Below are positions 58,943-64,000 of a stretch of DNA of 64,000 nt, piece after piece (the first letter of the stretch is position 1; the number at the start of each line of letters is the position of its first letter). The notes beneath the pieces are model-generated. The model saw only the letters and a list, made by a program, of their open reading frames with translations. It had not been told where the DNA came from and did not search any database. The position numbers and the translations under genes were made by a program. This DNA comes from Christensenellaceae bacterium (GTDB lineage: Bacteria; Bacillota; Clostridia; Christensenellales; Borkfalkiaceae), in assembly GCA_051884215.1 (NCBI GenBank), contig JBJEVF010000007.1, forward strand, positions 10,497 to 74,496, in the 5' to 3' direction.

Positions 58943-59965
58943 ATGAAGATAGTAGTAGATTGTTTCGGCGGAGATAATTCGCCAAAAGCTCAGGTGGAAG
59001 GCGCAATACAGGCTTTGAACGCTCAAAAAGGATTCGATTTGGTACTTGTAGGCGATAAAGAAAAGATAAACAACGAGTTAGAGACGCTTGAATTTGACGA
59101 ATCGAGAGTAGAAGTATTAGACGCTCCCGACGTAATTACCTGCGACGATAAGCCTACGGTCGCAATCAAAGAGAAAAAGAATTCGTCAATGGTGTTAGCG
59201 TACGACCTCTTAAAGCACGACGAAGATTGCGCGGCTTTGGTTTCATCCGGCTCTACAGGTGCGTTGCTTTGCGGTTCAATAATGAAAATCGGCAGAATAA
59301 AGGGCATTTCGAGACCTTGCCTTATGCCTGTTCTTCCAACGTTTATCGATGGAAAAAAGGTGCTGTTGGTGGACGCAGGCGCAAACGCAGAATGTAAGCC
59401 TGTAAATCTGTTGCACTTTGCTATTATGGGAAAGGTATATTCCCAACACGTTTTGAAGGTTGAAAAGCCTGTCGTCGGGCTGGTATGCAACGGAACCGAA
59501 CAAGATAAAGGCAACGAATTGACAAGGCAGTCTTACGAGCTTATCGATAACGCAATGCACGATAATTTTGTCGGAAATATAGAAGCGAGAGAGCTGTTTT
59601 CAGGTAAATATGACGTTGTAGTCTGCGACGGTTTTACGGGAAACGCAGTTTTGAAATCTTCCGAAGGCGCTATAAAGTTCGTGTTGAAATCGCTTAAAAC
59701 TTCAATTAAGAGTTCGTTTTTAGCGAAAATCGGCTATCTGTTTATGAAAAAACCGTTCAGCGAAGTCAAGCACAAGCTCGACTACAACGAATTTGGCGGC
59801 GCATTGGTGTTCGGTATCGATAAAGTCGTTATAAAGGCACACGGTTCGGCTACGTCGGCTACGATTAAAGCCGCAGTCGTGCAGGCTTACGAAGTAGCTC
59901 AGAATAAAGTGCTTGATAAAATCAAGGAGCATTTGTCGATAAACGGAGAGGCTGTTAATGATTGA
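58943..59965 (+). CDS. plsX: Phosphate acyltransferase PlsX
   Basis: IVVDCFGGDNSP N-terminus, NGTE and CDGFTGN motifs. 340 aa. Confidence 0.95.
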   Translation: MKIVVDCFGGDNSPKAQVEGAIQALNAQKGFDLVLVGDKEKINNELETLEFDESRVEVLDAPDVITCDDKPTVAIKEKKNSSMVLAYDLLKHDEDCAALVSSGSTGALLCGSIMKIGRIKGISRPCLMPVLPTFIDGKKVLLVDAGANAECKPVNLLHFAIMGKVYSQHVLKVEKPVVGLVCNGTEQDKGNELTRQSYELIDNAMHDNFVGNIEARELFSGKYDVVVCDGFTGNAVLKSSEGAIKFVLKSLKTSIKSSFLAKIGYLFMKKPFSEVKHKLDYNEFGGALVFGIDKVVIKAHGSATSATIKAAVVQAYEVAQNKVLDKIKEHLSINGEAVND

Positions 59966-60635
59966 TTACGAGCATATTGAGCAGAAAATCGGTTACGTTT
60001 TTAAAGATAAAAATCTGCTTGAACAGTGCTTTACACATTCATCTTATGCAAACGAGCATAAAAGATTTTTCCACAATGAGCGGTTGGAGTTTTTCGGCGA
60101 TTCTATTTTAGGTTTTATCGTCACGGAATACCTTTATCGGAATTATCCCGGTTATACCGAAGGCAAGCTGACGAGAATGAAACAATCGTTTGTTTCGAGT
60201 ATGCCTCTTGCGGCGGCAATCGACAGATTAGAGCTTTGTCAATATCTGTTATTGGGTAACGGCGAAAAGAAACAGTCGGATAAGGTCAATCTTGCCGAAA
60301 ATTTATTCGAGGCTTTGGTCAGCGGTATTTATCTTGACGGCGGTTTGGATGAATGCAAAAAATTTGTTTACGATAAACTCATTAACGTTAAATCTTGCAT
60401 CAACACACAAAAACCTAACGAAAAGGGCAAGCTTCAGGAATACGTTCAGGCGAAAAAGCTCGGTAAAATAGTTTACCGTCTGGATGATAAGCAAGGGCCT
60501 GACCATAATCCCGTATTCTTTGTCACGATACTTCTTAACGACGTGCCTGTCGCGCAGGGTATGGGTAAATCCAAGCAGTCAGCAGAGCAAAATTCAGCAG
60601 AAAAAGCATATAAAATTTTAAAAAGTAAGAGGTGA
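59958..60635 (+). CDS. rnc: Ribonuclease III
   Basis: RNase III signature NERLEFFGDSIL and a C-terminal dsRBD (GPDHNPVF...GKSKQSAEQNSAEKA). 8-nt overlap with plsX. Confidence 0.96.
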   Translation: MIDYEHIEQKIGYVFKDKNLLEQCFTHSSYANEHKRFFHNERLEFFGDSILGFIVTEYLYRNYPGYTEGKLTRMKQSFVSSMPLAAAIDRLELCQYLLLGNGEKKQSDKVNLAENLFEALVSGIYLDGGLDECKKFVYDKLINVKSCINTQKPNEKGKLQEYVQAKKLGKIVYRLDDKQGPDHNPVFFVTILLNDVPVAQGMGKSKQSAEQNSAEKAYKILKSKR

Positions 60636-60640
60636 CTCTT

Positions 60641-63600
60641 GTGAATTTCGAAAAAATCGAAATAATCGGTTTTAAATCTTTTGCCGATAAAATGGAAATT
60701 GTATTTGATAACGGCGTCACGGGTATCGTTGGTCCTAACGGTTGCGGTAAGTCGAATATCGCCGACGCTATCAGGTGGGTTCTCGGTGAACAATCGGCAA
60801 AGTCGCTGCGCGGTTCGCAAATGACCGACGTTATTTTTAACGGTACTCAAAACCGAAAACTTTTGTCGTATTGCGAGGTTTCGCTCTATTTTGACAATTC
60901 CAATAAACTTTTTCCGTCTTGCGAATACAGCGAGGTTATTCTGACGAGAAAGCTTTTCCGTGACGGAACGAGCGAATACTACGTCAATAAGCAACCTGCA
61001 AGAATGCGTGATATAGTCAATCTGTTGCACGAATGCGGCGTGTCGAAAAACGGTTATTCTATAATCGGACAAGGCAAGGTCAGCGAAATACTGTCGTCTA
61101 AACCCGAAGACAGGCGTACTATTTTCGAAGAAGCCGTAGGTATTGCAAAAACTAAAGCCGAAAAAATCGAGAACGAAAGAAAGCTCGAACGCACAAGAGA
61201 TAACATAAAACGAATAGTAGATATTACTTCGGAGCTTGAACGCCAATTAGGCCCCGCTCAGCGTGCCGCCGAAAAAGCTAAAAAGAGCTTCGAGCTTTAC
61301 GAGCAGTTGAAGTATAACGAAATCAATACTTATTTGTATAAGTATGAAAATTCGAGCGTACAAAAGGAAAAAATTAATTTAAGAATAAAAGGTTTAGCCG
61401 AAGAGCTTGCCGTTCGTGAAAGAGAGCTTGCCGATACTAACGCCTCGTATATGAAGCATATGAACGACGTGACCTTGTTCGATACCAGAATAAACGAGCT
61501 TAACGAAAAAATTCTCGACGAAACGGTAAAACAGGAAAGAAACGAGGGCAACACCAAGCTTTTAAGAGAAAAAATCAGCTATTTAAAGAGCGATATTCAA
61601 AGGCTTCAAGGCGATATTGACGAAAAGACCGAAAAAATCTCTCTTTCCGAAAAGGCAATCGCCGCAAAAACTCAAATAAAAGTCACTTATGAAAAAGAAA
61701 TCGAATCGCTCAATAACGAAGCGACGGTTTTGAATGCGAAAATCAAAAGTATTACCGATCGCATTGCTGAAGGCGAGTCTGCGGCACAAAATGCGCAGTC
61801 AAAGGTTTTGCAGTCAGCCGACGCGCTTTACGATATTTCCCGAAACATCGGCTCGCTGGATACGGAAAAGAACGTTATTTCCTCTCAGCAAAGAGAAGTT
61901 TTGGAAAAGGTCAATGCGCTTAGCGTTCATTATCATAAGCTTGACGACGAATGCAATCAGCTTTCTAAGCAAATCGAATATAATACCGCAAAACAGAAAT
62001 CTGTTTCGGCTAATATCGATGAATGCGAAAAGGATATTTCTGCATATAACCAAAAAACGTCAGATATATCCAACAAAATTTACAAGCTCAATTTTGAGGT
62101 AAATTCGCTTGAAGCTAACCGCGGACTTTATAAGGATATAAAGGACAGCTATTCAGGCTATCAGGAATCAGTAAAAACCCTTATGAACAATGCAAAAACC
62201 AATACTGCGTTGGCTCAGAAGGTGATGGACGTCGTTGCAAATATCATAAAAATCGACTCGAAATACGAGGTTGCGATTTCAACTGCTCTCGGAAATACCG
62301 TCCAGAACATAGTTACAAGGACTTCCGACGATGCGAGATACATTATCGAATATTTGAAGCGCAACGACATTCAGTCCGTTACGTTTTTGCCTATTTCTTC
62401 CGTAAAAATCAGACAGGACGGCGCAAGCATTCTTTCTGCTTTAAAAAAGACGGGAGCGTTGGGACTTGCTACCGAGCTTGTCAGATACGACGCCGTATAT
62501 GAAAACATAATAAAACATCTTTTGGGCAATACTTTGGTTGTCGACAATATCTCAAACGCCGTTGAGATTGCTAAATTATACTCTTTCGGCTTCAAAATCG
62601 TAACCTTAGACGGCGACGTAATCAATCCTACCGGTTCAATGACGGGTGGTTCGAGATCCAGAAAAAGAAGCAGTCTGTTGTCAACCGACGCTAAGATTGA
62701 GCAAATCACGGCTATGCTTGAAGCAAAGCGCAGCGAAGCTAAGGCGCTGCAGGAAGAAAAACTGAAATACGAGAATATTGCGAACGGTTTAGTAGATAAA
62801 CTCGATAGTCTGAATGCAGAGCTTCAAACCTTACGGCTTGATTTGACTTCTCTGAAAGAAAAACTCAATTCCTATTCGCAAATGCGTGATAATTGCAAGG
62901 AAGATATCGATAAAAACAACGAAGCTATCGAACAGATTGCTTCAAGGCTCAACGATATTTCCCTGAAATATATCGATATAGAGATAGGCAATAAAAAGCT
63001 TCTTGAAGAAAAGGAAAATGCGTCGGACGACGCTCAAAGGCATCAGCAGACCTTCGATAAATTAAAGAGCGAACGAGACAGTCTCATAGACGAAAACAAT
63101 AAAAAGCTTTCAAGATTGTCGTATCTTAACTATGAGATAAAGTCTATAAGCGACGAGCTTCTGCGTTTAAATAACGAAATTGCTGACTGCAATCAAATTA
63201 TAAATAAGGACAATATCAATATCGTCGCAGATAAAAACAATATCGAAGAATGCACGAACAAGATCAGCGAAATTACGAAGCTTTACGAAGAAACTTCCGG
63301 TATTAAAGAGCTTAAAGGCGAATTGAATTACTACGTTGATAAAAAGTCCAAGCTTTCCGACCTTATTCAGCAGGATAACCTGAAAAAGGACTTATTGTCG
63401 GCTGAAATTTCCAAAAATCACGAAAAACGGCATTCGGAAGAGCTTGCAATAAGCAAAATAGATTCCGAGCTTGAATATATGCAGCAGCGCGTCGAGGAGG
63501 AGTATAAACTTACATACGAAACTTGTAAAGATATGCGCGATCCCGAATATAATTTTGCTGCAAGTCAGCAGACTATAACCGATTTAAAGCGCAAGCTTTC

Positions 63601-64000
63601 GTCTTTGGGACCTGTAAATCCGTCGGCTTGCGAAGAATACGAGCAAGTAAAGAGTCGGTATGACGAGTTTATGATTCAGCGAGCCGACCTTGAAAAAGGC
63701 GAAGCCGATATTAAAAAGGCTATTTCCCAGCTGGCAAACGAAATGTTGACTACCTTCAACGACGGTTTTGAAAAAATCAGGGGACACTTCCAGCTTATTT
63801 TCAAACAGCTTTTCGGCGGTGGTAAAGCCGACCTTGTGCTTGATTATTCCAACTGTGAGGATCCGCTCGACGCCGGCGTAGAAATCGTTGCCGAACCGCC
63901 GGGAAAGAAACTGCAAAAAATTTCGCTTCTTTCCGGCGGCGAAATGTCTTTGACGGCAATAGCAATACTTTTTGCAATTCTGAAATTAAGACCTATGCCG
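60641..64000 (+). CDS. smc: Chromosome partition protein SMC, 3' end cut by window edge
   Basis: It is missing from the ORF track only because no stop codon occurs before the window end. GTG 60641 follows AAGAGGTGA. Walker A GPNGCGKSNI, very long coiled coils, a hinge (ALGNTVQNIVT..), and the signature motif LSGGE at about 63940. The frame at 63899 is the same as at 60641. Confidence 0.93.
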   Translation, partial: MNFEKIEIIGFKSFADKMEIVFDNGVTGIVGPNGCGKSNIADAIRWVLGEQSAKSLRGSQMTDVIFNGTQNRKLLSYCEVSLYFDNSNKLFPSCEYSEVILTRKLFRDGTSEYYVNKQPARMRDIVNLLHECGVSKNGYSIIGQGKVSEILSSKPEDRRTIFEEAVGIAKTKAEKIENERKLERTRDNIKRIVDITSELERQLGPAQRAAEKAKKSFELYEQLKYNEINTYLYKYENSSVQKEKINLRIKGLAEELAVRERELADTNASYMKHMNDVTLFDTRINELNEKILDETVKQERNEGNTKLLREKISYLKSDIQRLQGDIDEKTEKISLSEKAIAAKTQIKVTYEKEIESLNNEATVLNAKIKSITDRIAEGESAAQNAQSKVLQSADALYDISRNIGSLDTEKNVISSQQREVLEKVNALSVHYHKLDDECNQLSKQIEYNTAKQKSVSANIDECEKDISAYNQKTSDISNKIYKLNFEVNSLEANRGLYKDIKDSYSGYQESVKTLMNNAKTNTALAQKVMDVVANIIKIDSKYEVAISTALGNTVQNIVTRTSDDARYIIEYLKRNDIQSVTFLPISSVKIRQDGASILSALKKTGALGLATELVRYDAVYENIIKHLLGNTLVVDNISNAVEIAKLYSFGFKIVTLDGDVINPTGSMTGGSRSRKRSSLLSTDAKIEQITAMLEAKRSEAKALQEEKLKYENIANGLVDKLDSLNAELQTLRLDLTSLKEKLNSYSQMRDNCKEDIDKNNEAIEQIASRLNDISLKYIDIEIGNKKLLEEKENASDDAQRHQQTFDKLKSERDSLIDENNKKLSRLSYLNYEIKSISDELLRLNNEIADCNQIINKDNINIVADKNNIEECTNKISEITKLYEETSGIKELKGELNYYVDKKSKLSDLIQQDNLKKDLLSAEISKNHEKRHSEELAISKIDSELEYMQQRVEEEYKLTYETCKDMRDPEYNFAASQQTITDLKRKLSSLGPVNPSACEEYEQVKSRYDEFMIQRADLEKGEADIKKAISQLANEMLTTFNDGFEKIRGHFQLIFKQLFGGGKADLVLDYSNCEDPLDAGVEIVAEPPGKKLQKISLLSGGEMSLTAIAILFAILKLRPMP

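Noticed and set aside
59023-59514. 163-aa ORF antisense to plsX
   Set aside because: It is nested in plsX and has no independent signals.
60473-61246. 257-aa minus-strand ORF spanning the rnc/smc junction, plus smaller minus-strand ORFs through 63916 and the plus-strand ORF at 61734-62102
   Set aside because: The plus strand (phase of 60641) encodes an unmistakable SMC protein (Walker A GPNGCGKSNI, coiled coils, LSGGE) with no stop to the window end. The other ORFs are antisense or out-of-frame artefacts of a K/E-rich coiled-coil gene. SMC is absent from the ORF track only because it has no stop codon in the window, so it is not a pseudogene.

Overview
This window is a densely packed, mostly plus-strand block of core housekeeping genes from a low-GC Bacillota (Clostridia-like) chromosome. 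I infer the taxon from gene order resembling the B. subtilis dcw, yqe and ylo clusters, from AT-rich intergenic DNA, and from yunB plus SEDS/PBP genes. The gene order is as follows. (1) A dcw cluster: rsmH, ftsL-like, PBP, murE, mraY, murD, ftsW, murA, ftsQ, ftsA-like, ftsZ. (2) typA, bioY and tRNA-Pro on the minus strand. (3) A glycine riboswitch followed by a Na+:alanine/glycine symporter, then yunB. (4) pheST, a long U32 protein and mutS2. (5) Cysteine desulfurase, thiI, M29 aminopeptidase, DUF1015, a TetR regulator and prmA. (6) mtaB, HIT, rpsU and a 131-aa orphan. (7) pcrA and ligA. (8) A ylo-type cluster: yicC, rpoZ, priA, def, fmt, rsmB, rlmN, rsgA, rpe, rpmB (minus strand), asp23, yloV/fakA-like, recG. 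(9) rqcH (minus strand), tig, clpP, clpX, asnS, plsX, rnc and the 5' 1120 codons of smc. I found no mobile element, CRISPR array, prophage, defence island or toxin-antitoxin pair. I see no convincing evidence for a new multi-gene system, and I judge the window to be ordinary core genome. The points most worth a second look are small. They are a single-aptamer glycine riboswitch with terminator, an rsgA gene whose conserved N-terminal domain has no canonical start codon (probable ATT start overlapping the rlmN stop), and a divergent FtsA with a degenerate phosphate-2 loop. Also notable are a translationally coupled chain running from the desulfurase through DUF1015 and TetR to prmA, several perfect TTGACx-17-TATAAT promoters, and conserved clusters that lack several genes usually found in them. 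All calls come from reading the sequence and translations by eye; no database search or folding program was run.
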